Part shown: positions 23,960 to 38,523 of the stretch, one piece after another
How positions within the stretch are numbered: the stretch's first letter is position 1
How the letters are laid out: each line of letters starts with the position of its first letter
Assembly: GCA_977030845.1 (NCBI GenBank)
Contig: OZ365110.1
Location: 27,342,001-27,406,000, forward strand
Reading direction: 5' to 3'
DNA: 64,000 nucleotides
Source: Fimbriosthenelais zetlandica
Taxonomy: Eukaryota
Translations under genes and position numbers: made by a program
The notes under the pieces: generated by a model
The model's database searches: none
What the model was told of the DNA's origin: nothing
Seen by the model: the letters and a program-made list of their open reading frames with translations, nothing else

Positions 23960-26900
23960 GTTCGGGCTTCCCACCTTGGAGTGCTAATCCGATATATGAC
24001 TCTATCCTAGACTTTTCCCCTCTGGGTGTCGATCCCCAATCAATGTACTTTTTCCCCTACACCTCTGCTTTCCCTATCACATTAACTTCCCTTGCACTTT
24101 CCTAGCAGTACTGGAATCAATTTTGCCCGTCTTTCCTAGCCCTCACAGACCTCATCTGACTAGTCGATGAAAATCCTTTCAGAGCCTGTTTTATTTTTGC
24201 ACAGGACTTGCCATCCAAAGGTCAATAATGTATCTTCTAAAAGCTTTTGATATTTGACTCCTGCTGCTTGAATTTATAGCACTGTGTGTCTGCTTCATAT
24301 ATAGTGGACGATGTGTTCCCCAACATAAAGCCCGTTGTTGCATTAGTCTTCTATCTGTGGCAGAAATCAAGTGATACACTTAAGACATTTACCATTAAGG
24401 ATGGAAAACTTGTGTTTAGATCTGTCTTGACGATCTGTATATCTCGGGTAATTAGCTTTCTTTTACATCCCCCGTACCAGTTTGTCTCCATAGATGGATG
24501 TCCACACACGTTGGACTACTTTATACATTAGGAAGGGACGCTACTCGGGTATCGGGGAATCCCACTAAGTATGGGTGAAAGGCTCGCTTGCGATTCCTCT
24601 GAGGATTCTCAAATATGATCATTCCTTGGGTAAAAAGCTTTCCTTTCCTCTGTTGACCTAGTATCCTCTTTTTAGCGTACGTCCACCAGTATTTCTTTCC
24701 TCACAGAGTGCTATCTGTTTGCTCTCCTTTTCCAACCACTCTGAAGGTTTTGATTACCATGTTTCTATTCCCCCACTTCAATACCAGGACCAGGAAGTAC
24801 GCTCTGCTCAGTCGGTCAGTTGGTCAATTCGGACTTTGATGGTACTAGGTTCCTTTATTGCCTTACAGCCTACCCTGACTTGAGAAATGATCTCTTGATG
24901 AGATCGAAACAATATAGGTTATTCCGTAGCCTTTCCTTAAAATGAATTGTTCTTGCCTAAATCACTCCCATTGCTAAATTTCATTCATACTTGTAATCTT
25001 GTAGTAATGAGAGAGTGGCTTGCTTTAGGTCTGGATTTTATCAGCGGTGTTTCATTTCATTGCTATTGAGTTACTAATGTGAGAGTAAAGTCGCTTACAA
25101 CTTTGGCTATTCAATGGCAAATCATACATCGATTTCTGTCCTCTCAGATTAAATCTCCTATTGAGGCGTCTTCTTTCCTCTCTACTCACTGGGACACTAG
25201 CAGTAGAGTAAATAGGGTGCAGTGATGTGGAAGTCTTGGATATCCACTCAGCATTTGCATGCTGATAGTCAGCGACCATTGGTGAATGGCCCTATATATT
25301 CCAGTCCATTTTCACTTAATGAACACATGTTATGAGTAGATCAATCAGGATAATCTCGTACCAGTGCTTATATACTTGAGACCAGGAGTGTATGAGTCAG
25401 TCTTGATGTGAGAAGTGAGCAGCTCTTACACCTGCTCCCACGGGTCCCTACTGTCTCCTCCTCCCAGTAGACGGGCATCCAAGGAAGCTCTTCCGCAGCT
25501 GAGACACAAGGCTGGTTTCCTTTAAGAGAGGCAGGCCCATTCCTTCTTATCGTAATCCTCTGTTGTGAGCAACTCTTAAGAAGCTACCATGCTTGCTTGA
25601 GTCGCTCATTGAGTATGGGGTCAGTGTAGTACAGTGTACCCAAATAGGGATAGGTGCTTGCTTGCTTCCTTTCAACTTGATGAGCTTCAGCAAAGTAGAT
25701 TAATGAATGGAAAGCAGTCTGTCTATTTGTTCCGAGCGATCCTTGCTATTCGTATTTATTCTCGCGCCAGAGCTTACAGCATCTTCTTACCATCAGTTTC
25801 CACTTGGCTCTTCTCATTGCAAAGATTATAAGTGTTGTTTTTTTCCTTTCCGCCGCGTGAAGGCTATTTTCTTTGTACAGCTGTCTCTGTCATGATTTAA
25901 CTTGGCAAAGCATCAGAGTGACTTGTTCGAGCTGATTTCATACCTGGCTTACGGTGTAGTGCCTATTCTTTCACACTCGCTGCTTCTGCAGATAGCATCT
26001 CTGACTAAGCAGCTAGAGCTAAGATAAAAACACTCTTCTATAGATTGGCCCCCTACGTAAGAGACCAATGCCCAACCATTGAAGGAATAGTGGATGAAAG
26101 ATATCTCCTAGGCTGCACTACTTTCGAATTAGATCTTTTTCTCTCTGTCTGTCTGACTCGTTCCAAACTCGGATTGGGGCTGTGAGTTGTTGGGTTAGCA
26201 CTCTGGGAAGAGACAGTGACTGTCAATATGGAGATGTTTGCTTGGGGACGAATGTGGAAGCTAATGTGTTGAAGTGCTAAACACAAATCGATGCCATTCT
26301 GGAGATGCTGCGTGTACAGTGTCCTTGGGCTGGTTACTGCACTTGAGAGACAGGAAGAGGATACCTACTGGGCATACACACAATTTCCGCTAAATTTTCA
26401 CTCCAACAAACAATCTGTCAACCAGCCAATTAACTCTGATGCTGATAGCACATCACAAGAATATGTTATCTCTGCTACGTTAATTGGCCCATAGAATGTT
26501 CTGATTTCTTATGAGTTCCTTGAATTTGTTCACTGGTACCAGCCTGAAAAGCAGTTGATTCCTAATGGTAGATTTCTAGTAATGGTATAAATATCATTAT
26601 CTTGCCTCTGCAGTCGGTGTTGATGCTCAGGTAAAAGCCTTATTATGTAAGGTTTGATGTAACAGGAATTGTTATGCAACAATCATGATCCACTTCTTGG
26701 AAGTAGTCTATTTAGCCACCCTCTGTAGAACAAGCTCTCAGCAGAACCTATTTCACAGTGGATCCGTTGACAGACAGTAGATTGAAAGGTATCAATGGCA
26801 CTAATAGGTGATCAATCGATGCAGGGAGGAATAGGAAGATTTGTAAAAGATTGATTAGAAGCGAGTGCTTCCAGCTGATGCCTTCCTATATTTGTATACA

Positions 26901-28689
26901 TAGCCCATTTCTATAGAGCTTCTGTGTCTTTGTATGAGGCAACACCTGCACTGCTTCAATAGTAGAGCCTCAGATCCACATTGTAACCCATAGATAAGTA
27001 CACACACTCACTCTCTCGATAACATACCATTAAGTTGAAGATACCTACTATTGGATCCAATAAATTATACTTGCAGATTTCTCATTGCAAATCCTCGGTT
27101 AATGTATATCATTATGCTCCTCATAATGGACCTCATTCACTCCAATTCACACCAAGAAATCTTGGCATATTGAGTGTGACGTGTCATTTGTCACCTGGCG
27201 CAGTTCTCTTCACACGTCTCCTGTCATCTCTGATGCTTTTCCTTTACTTAGTCTCAATATCAAAGTGTGGTTATTTGTGAGTTTCAGAGTTGTACGACTT
27301 GGAGATACTGTTAACTGGCCAGTTCAGATCTGGCTATGGATTTTGTATAAGGGTGAACGGCACGTCCCCTATAATTGGCATCAGTACGATTGTTCACGCT
27401 CCAGTTAATCCGGGTTGTTGCAGCCAGATTTGGGTTTCCCCATCCATGATTGATTGCTTCACTTTTGTATCCGCAAACCCTTAATCAAAGGACATGGTTC
27501 CTCAGTACATCTCCCTGGGACCAATTAGACTTCCTTTAGATGAAAACAGAGGATGGAAGATGAAGCAGAACAGGGATTTTGCCAGCTGTTTTCCTGATTA
27601 TAGTCCGCCCACGAGATTCCTCCGGGCTTTGCTGCGGACACCAGTAACTAAAGGCTGGAAACGGAGGGATCCGTTACCGGGAGATGGTGTTGGTACAGCG
27701 GTTGCTTCTTTCATTGTGCCCTATTGTCCATCTCTAAAGGAAAGAGATATCCCACCCATCGCACGTGTTGCTTTCTGTGGTCAGTGTCACGTGCCAGTCA
27801 CATGGTGCATGTGGGTGTGGTCTGGTGGGCTTCTCCTCCACGTGTGCTTCCAAGTCGCCTCTGATCATGACTATATATAGAGAGATAATAGTGGGAGGCT
27901 GGAGAGTGATGCTGGCGCCACCTCTCAGGCAAATCCCTCACTAGGCTACGTGTGATGTATGGAGCACTGTCTCTCCTCTTCCTCCACCCACCGCTGCTTC
28001 TGCTTCCTCTATATAATCCCTGAAAGCCATCACTTCTCTCGATTCTACCCCTGTAATGTCAACAAAGGGGACATTGACCGATATGATATATGCCATCTTT
28101 TTTCCTTCCACATGCTGATGTTTATCCTGCCTTAAAACCATGCTGGCTCTGGTAGCATTGGTATTTGCTTGAAAGTGAGCTCAGGTGAAAACCACCTGAC
28201 TGACGAAATGAGCCTTTATTGGGTTTTTGTCAGCCCAGTTGTCAAAAGTCCATGACAGGTTTGTATTTTCGTCTCTGAAAATGAAGTATTTGAACTGTTG
28301 ACAGAAATAACAATTCTGGAAATGGAGTTGCCCCAGATTTGAAAAAAATTCACGAGAGTAACAAAAAATGTAGGTGTTGTGGGTGAATTATTATGAAAGA
28401 AATCAGTGAGTAACAAAAATTAGCCCTTTCAGTTATTTTACTCCAAACTTTTTTCTTCAAACTTTTCTTTGTGAAAGTACTTGGATAGGCCTATGAAATT
28501 GCAAACACTTGAATTACACAACAGAAAGTTGCTTCTGAAACCTTTGCAAGAGAATGTTTCAAGTGGTCGGGCTACTACAGGTTGATTTACAACATGGGCC
28601 AAATGGCCCTGTTTTTATATGATGGTAAAAAGGACAGTCCCTTCATGGGCGAAGAGACTGGAGACAGGCTAAAGAGGATGACAAGTGAA

Positions 28690-28810
28690 GGTGAGCGATG
28701 GCAGAGGAAGACTATGAGAGGGTTGCTTCAATATGAATAGAGGGAAAGATGAGGGACGGGGAGAATAAAAGTGGAAGAAAGCCCAGAAGTAGGGTACACA
28801 GGACAGTTGA
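28690..28810 (+). mobile_element. Possible degraded RTE-like LINE 3' coding remnant
   Basis: KTMRGLLQ / IEGKMRDGENKSGRKPRSR resembles RTE C-terminal GLL..IIEGKMEGKR.RGRPR; stops and a frameshift present. Confidence 0.25.
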
Positions 28811-31800
28811 TTGAAGAAGCGGGATCTGGGGGCTGGCGAGCCCGGAAAGATTGAAGTGAATGATAATTTTAAAGAGATATACATGAAAACAAGGCCTTTG
28901 TCCCTGAAGTGGTTTCTTTTACAAAAAGGTGTCTGAGATGTATACTTGAAATATAATATTATACTGATGATCAGACTGCAGTTGACAGGTCAAAATCACT
29001 CAAGTTCCATATTCACTTTTGTATCTTTAAGGATTCGAAGGAAATGGTTTTCGTCTGGATATTCGATCGCCTGACACAATTCATGGCTCTCGGATGGAGA
29101 ATTTACTTGCTGTCCTTCCACCTCTTGGAAGCCATTCTCGAAATAGTACTCATTTGACTAGCTTGTCTCTGAAACACCTAGGGCTGCTTTGGTAGTGTCC
29201 AACAAAACACAGTTCTAAGCCTTTTGCCCTTTTAGACTCCTCAGAAATCCAGTGTCAACCTCATTACTCAAAAAAGCCCCTGTGGACTAAATGTCAGTCC
29301 TACAGTGGATCAAAGTCACATAGTTTCCTCTTCTTCCCTCTCTATCTTGAATCTTACCAGGCTCTGCAATATACTTTGGTCCTTTCCCCAGTAATCATGG
29401 ATAGAGCCTACTTTATGCAATGTTATATAATCCACACTTAATGAGATAGTATTGCAGGCCGAGGGTCTGTGATTAGTTCCTCGTTCTGTCTGTCGGGTCA
29501 GGGTAGGCTGGGGACTAGGATTTGTCAGTGGGAACCTGACTACATGTACAATATCAATATTTGATCATATTGTGATGAATGGGTCGTCTGTACCATATGA
29601 TTGCCCTTTGCGATCAATTTCCTTACCTTTTACGATTGATTATGGCTGGGGGCGATCTACTTACTGGCTTGTCGCTTTAACCTGAGTTGCTGCATTATTC
29701 CTGCAACTTTTATGGAACGCATCTTGTAAGGCTTATTTTCATAATCAGCTCATAATTTATTAGTGACCTTTCACTAACTGAGCCTATGGAATGATCTTGT
29801 ATATATTTACTGTTGTCAAATTAATTTTCTGTTAAGTTCGGGTCAATCGATACATCATCCTCGTGTTCGATGTCCCATTTTGATGTCATTTGAGCTGTGG
29901 AACGATTTGCATAATTAAATTTTGTTGTGTAACTTTCTTGTTTCTCCCTAGTTAGAAAAAGTATTGCTTCCGTATGTTAACCATGATGTCAGTAATAAGA
30001 ACCTTGGGAGACCGTAAAAAACTTGGGTCTCTCACACTCTGAGATATGTTTTTCATCCCCTCATCCAGGAAGTCCCAAGGGACGCCAGCCTTTCCCGTCC
30101 CAAGACAACATTGGGAAGGGCTTTACAAGGTCTCACCAGCATCCGCCAATCAAAGGCCCCTAATGGGCGTGTCTGCTCCCGTTACTAGGCAACTCCTAAA
30201 GCCAGCTGCTTCATTAGGCTGTGATTGACGGGTAAGGTCCTGAGAACGGTCCTGTTAGAGATAGGCCGCGATCACTTTATCTTAAGGGCCATTTCTCTTG
30301 GGTTTTCCAAGGACCCACATATGGAGTGACATCCTCTGGGGGTTGACTGGGTCGTTAAAACGCTCTGCTGTCCGTTCACATGCCACTTTTCATATCATCA
30401 GCATTGATGATGGTGGCTGGGTTTTCAGGATCTACCTCGGCAGCATATGATCAGTACATTTTATATCTATCATCAGTATCTATTTCATACAAGATCGTTC
30501 ATTCAAGGGTAATTTCAGAATGTAAATAATTATCAGCCCCAGTCACTATGAATGAATCACCAGGCATTGATAGGTATTTTGGGGGGACTTCAACCAATTT
30601 CCAATATCAATAACTCGCACAGTAACAAATTGTAGGTGCAATAGCTTATTCCAATGATTGTTTTCCAGGGGCTAGCGATTTTCCTATTATTCTTGTTTCT
30701 ACCAAACAATTGCCAAGTTTATTTAACCTCTCCATATCAGTCACTGCCAAAGTCAGTGATCAATCAATCTTATGAATATTTGGCATTTTGCAATGCTCAA
30801 TAGGCTGATCGATTGCTGCACCGCGTTCAAGGTGGCAATTGATTGCCTCCTCAGTTATTGGTCAGGCTGGAATTTCATGTTTAAAGGATGGAGCTATATT
30901 TATGTCAAAACGAATTTCTTTCCCTTCGACTAACTGCTATTAGTCTTGTTGAAAACTACAGAGAAACTGACCATCAGGAAGTCCATTGTCTATCTCCTGT
31001 TGCAAAAAGAATAGATTATGGACGACTAAAAGTTAATTTTAATAATACAAGCTACATACAAAACCTAACAAATTCATACAAACATAGAACAGGTTTCAAC
31101 TGTTTTTGTATTTAATATTTGAGAGCAGTGAATTATAACCGAATTATCACACGAGAGGAGAAGAAAAGGACATGGTCTTATTTCTCAATGTCATTGCACA
31201 GCTTTTCACTGGAAGGCGTTAGCTATTTTTTCCCAGTTCCAGCTGAAAAATGAATTGCAGCAACCTTAAATACATCAGCAGGAATTCCTCATTTGATTGA
31301 TATCATCAACGAAGCTCGGCACAGCTCTGTGCTTTTTTAAGTTAATTAAATGATTAAATAGGAGTTAATCAGAGTGAGTAGGGCAGGCTTAAAGATGTGT
31401 ACAGCTTCTGCATGATTAAAGTCTGAATCTGGCCAAAAGCTGGTCGACAACGTGACAAATATAATATTTCCCTTTCTTCGGGGAAGTTAATTATCAATAA
31501 TGAAATTCCTGGCTTTGCATTTTATGCATCCTGCTTCAGATTTCTCTAATCGCATGCAGCTAACGATTTCATGAGTTAGTGTGTCTGTATGTGCATTAAT
31601 TCTTCATTGAAAACTTCGAAAGAATTAACCTGAGCATTGTTTTCTCAGAGGTGCTGCTTTCAGAGAAATACATTCGAGCTCTGGGATACCAGATATTTTT
31701 TAAAGTATGAAATGTTGCTCTAAAACATCAAACAGAAGTTTGAAGAACTACATTATGTGCTCCTTCGCCAAATTCAGCCTTCAGATGCTGGAGTGCACCC

Positions 31801-33019
31801 CACGTGGAGGTATCATCATGCCAGATCCAATCCTTACATTCAAGGCCAAAATAGCCGGCCATCCATCATTTCATATTCGGTGATGGCAGCCTAGCTGGCA
31901 ATGGCATGCTTGCTGGCCTTTCGCAGCACTTGTATTTGTATGGACAACAAGGCGGTCACATGACTATAGGTTATTGGCACGTGACCTGCCTAAGTAGCGT
32001 CTCATAACACCTTGTTGGCTGACCTCTTCCCGGCCACCTGCGTCATGAGCCAGTGACATGCCTTGATCAATATAGATTGTACTGTGGTGGAACAGACAAA
32101 ATGACAAGTGGGTACCAAAGATAAGGCGAGAGGATCGATGTTCACCTAAGGAAAGTTTAAGGTGGGTTCTGAATACCGACCAGTTGGCACGCAATCTGGA
32201 TACTCCTCCTGTCCACAGAAGAGCTCCAGATCAGCAGGGGCCCGTCTCGAAAGAAATTGTTAAAAAGTTTATGTTAGCCTAAACCCATTCTCATCCCCAA
32301 AGGACCTATGATAAAATAGCTACTAGTGTGCATGTAAGGGTAAAATAATGAGACGCAGTGGTAAAGGATATGGTGGAAGAAAATCTTGACTTGTCTTCCT
32401 TTATAATATAACGTGGATTCCCAGGCTTTGGGGCTCTGATTTTAAGCTGAATAATTTTGCCTTATCAATCCTCTTATTGACATATGGATGTAATCATGTT
32501 GCAATTTAATAGTCATTTGTTTTTTCTTTCAACAACCTCCTTGGGGTAGTATGACATTTGACAGGTGAGAAGGCCAGTCAGCCCTGCTCAGGGCCCTCCA
32601 GCGTTCATGTCGCCATGGTGATTCGGCGCTGCTAAGGTAACACCCTGGAGAAATGACATAGTGGCGAGTGTTGATGACTGGCACCTGATATTTTAAACTG
32701 GAGGAAAAGCTTACCTTTTAAAAGTGCTTATCACGAAGTAATCACTCAGGAATAGATGTTATGCCATAGAGAGTTTCGCTGATGATCTTCAACAAATTCT
32801 CTAAAGAAATCTGATGGCTATCGGTATAGAAAATTAATTGAACGCCCAAGATACTATACTATACATTTCCCTCAAAATACTATAGTTGATACTATAAATT
32901 GTATCATTTATTTTGTGAATTATTGATGGGATATGTACTGTATGGTCTAATGTCACAGCCGGGGGATATATATCTATAGGAGACCTGACAGAAGCAGAAC
33001 GATATACATAAATTACTCA

Positions 33020-33470
33020 CTAACAGTGCCAAACATAGTACCATTTATCATACCTTGTTTATCACCCCACGGGCCTTGAAAAACTCCTCCACCATTTGCC
33101 TCTAATACCCCCTGGTGTTCTTTAAATAAGGGATATAAGGTCTACTCTACCGGGAGATCCTCACACCATCTGGTTAATTCATCAACTGCTCCATCTAAAC
33201 TGCTCCACCTATACTATATATATGAATGGAGCAGGAAAAATAAAGTGCCTGGTGCCCATTTAAGCATTCTGGTTTCGAAAAAAATGAATTGAAACAATAC
33301 CACGTCCTCGCATTTTGGTAAAATATAATCAGGTCAGTATTCAGGTAAATCATACTTGTGACCATTAAAAGTTTCCCCATGACATCTAAATTAATCAGTT
33401 GATCCCTCAATGACTTTGTCAGTTCTTGCAGGGCCAATATCTCAATCAAAAGGCCTCCCATGACTGCCAT
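33020..33470 (-). mobile_element. Possible degraded non-LTR retrotransposon reverse-transcriptase fragment
   Basis: Ordered loose motifs RDQLINLDVMGK (like RDQIANIRWIMEK), YCFNSFFSKPECLNGHQAL (like CFIDxSKAFDCVxHxxL) and WGDKQGMINGTMF (like GVRQGCxLSPxLF). Spacing is imperfect. Confidence 0.3.
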
Positions 33471-36400
33471 TGTCAGTCATTGACAATCTGCCATGCAGTC
33501 TGTAGCGCTTTTCATGCAGTGCCCCTGCAGCCTCCTCTGGAAACACATTCACAGAAGAAGCAGATTCCAATAGCCATTCATCTTCTACTATCTGAATAGC
33601 TGTGTTTGTAAGTCACGCTGTTTGTAATCAATACGTACACACAGTGGCCGGGACATATATTTATTGCCCGGGCACTACAGTGATATAAACTGTTTGACCA
33701 TGCGGTAGATCTGGTAATGTGACTGTTTTGTCCTTGTCCAAAGCTTCCTTTTCCACTTGTGTGACCCCGGAATAGGGCCCGTATTGTCCATCTGGAAATT
33801 AAGTACGTTAGAGGAATATAAAGTGGGATGGTCAGTGGTGTTTGGCTTATCACTGCTTCTCGGATGTTTGGCAATTCATTGTGTATGGGATCGATGTCAA
33901 TGATGACTGAGGAGTGGGCTTTGTCTATCTGAGAGAAGACATGGTGCTCCGCTCGTGACTCGATTGGTTCCTGTGGGTCTTCTCAGACTGGTTTATGTTA
34001 CTGGGTTACGGCGCGGCAGTCATTTCAGTCAGCAACTAATGGAAACATTCCTCAAGATCTTCTAAAGCACCTAGCATATTGCTTGATTATACTACAAGCT
34101 ATTATACTCCAGGTCCAAAACTTTTGTGTGAGTTAGAAGTGCGTGTTCTTTCTGTGTGTGTATTTTCGTGTTTTTAGTTTTACAGTGCATTATTCCACAT
34201 TCTAAAGCCACCCAAAGCTGCCTACTTAAATATGTATTCAGCGGATCCTTTGCCTGTCCTCAACAGATAATTGACCATTCCAGCTTTTTCTTGTGGCTAT
34301 CCTGTTGTGAGCCTTCCATGTTTTCAACCATTATTTTCCCATTCTATTGATTTAGTTAGAACGGTGGGGTGGCAGGGGCATGAGGCCAGCCCTGGGCCTA
34401 TCAGGGCGTACAGGCCTGTCCTAACACTCGCCCATTCAGCTTGTAAACCACAGCGCTAGCCATGACCGCTTGAACCCTTTAGCCTAATGGGGGGTTCATT
34501 GAATGGCAGCCCCATGTAGGGACAATGCAGTACCACCCATCTAGATATTGCCCTCTTCCTTTACTCCTTAAATTGCATACTTTAGCAATACATCCATTGT
34601 AGTACTCTGTGACATTTCGCCATCTTTGCCAGAATTGATCTTGGTCAGTCGGAACATTCCATTGCTATTTAGCCCTGCTGTAACAAAAAGAATATGACCA
34701 TGGTACTTTCAGCATGATGACTAAGAACAATTGTTCCCCGCAGCTTCCTAGACTAAGTTTCATTAGGTTTTAGTTTAGGTTTTGGCTGAGGCCTGGTGAC
34801 AAACCAGCTTGCTCTACCCAGGGTTATAGACTGCCACTCATCTTCCTCTTCCTGCCGCCCTGAGTCCTTCACCCCTGACTATTCTCCTCATGCCCCTTGT
34901 CCCCTTCCTACTTATTCTTCTGACCAATCCACCCTGTGTGTATACTGGTCAGTGCTCCCCATGTTTACCCCTGCCCTTCTGATCAGTGTGGACTTCTCAT
35001 CTTCCCTAGTGAGGTTTCTTCGTTTCTATTACTTTTCCTGCAGAATTCATAGAAACAAAGTTGGGTGTTCTTCTGATAAAAGTATTTGTTTCCAGCTATT
35101 AATATGGCATCAAAGTTTTAGCGAGACTATTTATATAATTGTAGGCTGCTTTGTATACCAGGAATGCGAGCCATACAGTGGGCTATTCTAATGTATTCCA
35201 TGCTTGCATGCAGTCGCACCGGTGTCCAAAGCTTAGCCTGCAAGTTGATGGCTCTAGATGCCATAGGTTAAATTGATCACCAATAGCATTTCAAATGCAG
35301 GTAAAACACCACAATTACACTTTGGCATGGCAGAAAATAAATAATCATGCATTTATCCGGCAAAATCAATACCCATTCACCGCATGTGCAGTGGAGGTTT
35401 GCACTGTGATCCAGGACTGCAGGAGAAGGCAACTAAGTCCATTTATACTGATTAAAGTGTCGCAGGTATAGGAATGTATTGTCGATATAGTGTTGGACTG
35501 ATTCCATACGTGTGCCTGGGAAGCCTTGGGGTGAACAATGGAGCCAGGCTCAGCCTCCTTAAAGCCCCAGCTCTCCTTCCAGATAATCTATATCATATTG
35601 ATAGCGGAAGGGCAAAGAGGACCAGCGTGACAGAACATGCTATCTTAAGCCCCTGCCCTTTCAGACTAAGGCCCTTGTAGCCCTGATTTATGACGGTTCT
35701 AAATTCCCTCTTCCTGGCAATCGCGATTTGTACGTGGTGTATTATGGCCGTAGATTTATCGCCTGAGAAATGATCATGACCTTTCAAATATTTGCAAGCC
35801 TTCTGTCCATGACTTTCACTCTGTCTAGGAAAACAGTGGCATTCTTGTATCTGCCGCGTTGAAGATATTTTGTATCTGATGTCCTATTCTCCTGAACATC
35901 AAAGATTGTACAGATAATGTCTTGGATCTGGTTGGTTCTATAAGCGACCGATGCCTCTTTTTTCTATTTTTCTTCGGATAAGAGGAAAGCACTACAGTCC
36001 CAAGCTACAGAACATGCTTTTTAACATCATCTGTTCCTATGTATGATGTAACAAAGAACCTATAGCATCCCCATTGTCATTTCTTCTATTTATCAATAGA
36101 AATATTTATACACATGTATACATGTACACAAGCTGTTCGGCCAGTGACCCCTTGCAATGGAAATGAGGGCTGCTGTGCGATGAGTTAGGGTCTGATCAGA
36201 TGTGAGTTGGAGTTATTGGGATATCAATCCTGCAAAGACTTGCTGATGAAAATCAGTGGCTTTTTAAACGCTTCGTTGTCGGAAAGGGGCTCACGATGTT
36301 AGACCTTGACTAGGGTATCTAAATTGGTCCAGGAATCTGGCTGCGAGCTATGGCTAAAATCTGGCAGTTCACAAAGTATTATTGCTCTAGAAGCTAAATC

Positions 36401-38523
36401 AGGTCACGGAGTTTAAAAAGTTTGATACAGATTTGTTATTATCCCTTAAGTTTTATAATATTATTTATTAATCATGGAATACATATGCTTTGCGGATACG
36501 GTGGCCTCCAAAATAATACTTTTCAGTTGAGATAGTAGTGTAAGTATATATTAACACTACTTTGTATCCCACTGTGTGTAAGCAAGCCTGGCTTTACTAC
36601 TTTATTGTGTACCTGTTTTTGTGGTCCATTACTAGATTCCGTTCTTCTGATGCCAACCGGAAAAAGTGATTTTCTGGTTCCTGCCCTTATGGTATCTGTA
36701 GAATGTTTTTATTGCGACTTGGGAGCCTGAATGGTGAGGTATGGAAATTGGTGACGACTGGCGCTTCCTTTGCTACTTACTACTCTCGACATCTCCTATT
36801 CATCTTGGAACGTGTTCCTATTACAGTATTTAATTGTATATAAAATATTGTTTTTCGTACGTCCTGTTGGTCTTGCATCTGGATCTGCTGCCCTTACAGA
36901 TTACTACGTCCTCTCTCATCATTTTATAAACCTCTGTTCCACTGTATCATTAGCTTTAATCAAGTCTCCAATGTTCTTGCGGAATTTTCTTCTCTATCTG
37001 TCCGTGTCAGTTTGCTTAACTTGTATCTGTCTCTTTGCTCGTTTACTGTATCTTAATTATTACCTCATTTCTGCCTGTCCATGTATCTGTCTCCTTCCCT
37101 CATCACCTCCACTGATGATTGATATCAATCCCTATCCCCACCCCTCCATTTTCCTTCAAATCCCACTTCATTTGCTTCGAGTATTAATTTGTCTCAGATC
37201 CAATTATGGCCATTGAATGTTTCCATTAAAGAAGGCGCAAGAGACGATAATGATATCTGTTGGACACAGAGCCTTCCATCAAGCACTTAAAATCTAATTC
37301 GATTAATTTATTTGGATAAGTGAGGCATAGCACGCATACCATTTTAAACATGAAAATGACGAGAAACTTTGGAGAAAAAGTCAAGAGTAAAGAATCCATC
37401 ACGCCAGGTTATTCTGCTAGCCATCCTCCCGATGCTCAGGTGGGCTGATGCTTATAGCTCAGATTCATGCAGGAAGTCTAGTCTAGCATTTTTATCTGCT
37501 TCACAGTTAATATGATACATCCCAGACAATACTCTTTTAACATAATTAGTAAATGGCTGGTCCATATACTACCATTACCTCCGAGAAAGTATTGATATTC
37601 ATAGATGAGATATTTCGGATGCATATTCACTGCATGTGAGAATCCTCTTGCACCTGAAATTTGACCATGGAAAAAGTGCGTATTCGGAGGTTGCGCCTCA
37701 TGCAATTCTATCTTGTGAAACATTTGTCTTGCAAGACAAAGTGTATTAGTCATTAACATTCATCCTTCAGCCATGTAATTAATGGTAATGGCTGGCCTAC
37801 TGCCATTCATTCCCCGCGTGGAAGACTCGGGTTTTTGGAAGGCTTGCTCCCTGTCTTAAGATTTAAGCAGGCCCACTATGATTGATGGTGGCCCATCTGA
37901 CTTGGTATTCTTCCACGTCAGTTTCTTCTAATTAGTCTCTCACTCGTTACTAATTGAGTGCATGGGAAGCTGTGAGGTGTTTGCACCCAGGAGGGTTTCT
38001 CGTGTTACATTGGTCATTCATTACAAGCATTCTGTCACATTCAGTCCCTCGGGTGACAGTCCTTATATAGTGTCTTAGCTTAATTTGTTTCTGAGGGAGA
38101 TACAAGTTATGTAACACAAATTTATGCCTGCTCAGCTATTCAGCAGTTTTCAGTGCTAAAACCTTCAATATCAACCTCATCCCCATATTTACAATCCACA
38201 CTTCATTTCATCATCATATTTGTAATATTAAATCAGTGTTCAATATAAAAACCGTGTCAGACATGTTTCGAAGCAATTTCCAAAGTGATTAATTAATTAA
38301 TGAGATTTTTTTGTTCTAAGGTTGTAACAATGAGGAGGAAGACAAAAAACTAGTCAGGCTCAACAAAAATGGACACACACGATTCTATGGGTTCTGGGAA
38401 ATAATTAAGTCAATGGCGAAAACCTTGTTAACGGATATTACTTGCTTCAGCTTAATTTGACGCATATTGAATATCAATTACAAAAGTGTAAGTTTCTGTA
38501 AAATTATTTCGTTTATCTTTCAG

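Noticed and set aside
24206-24230. ttttgcacag|GAC TTG CCA as the RAD17 DLP exon
   Set aside because: Stops after 7 codons (DLPSKGQ*) with no further similarity.
24272-24278. TATAAAT on the minus strand about 315 nt upstream of the LRR ATG
   Set aside because: Common word in AT-rich DNA and the implied UTR has several upstream ATGs; unsupported without TSS data.
36770-37216. 148-aa hydrophobic ORF (and similar at 47161-47640, 34796-35191, 43962-44207)
   Set aside because: Products of pyrimidine-rich low-complexity DNA, not membrane proteins.
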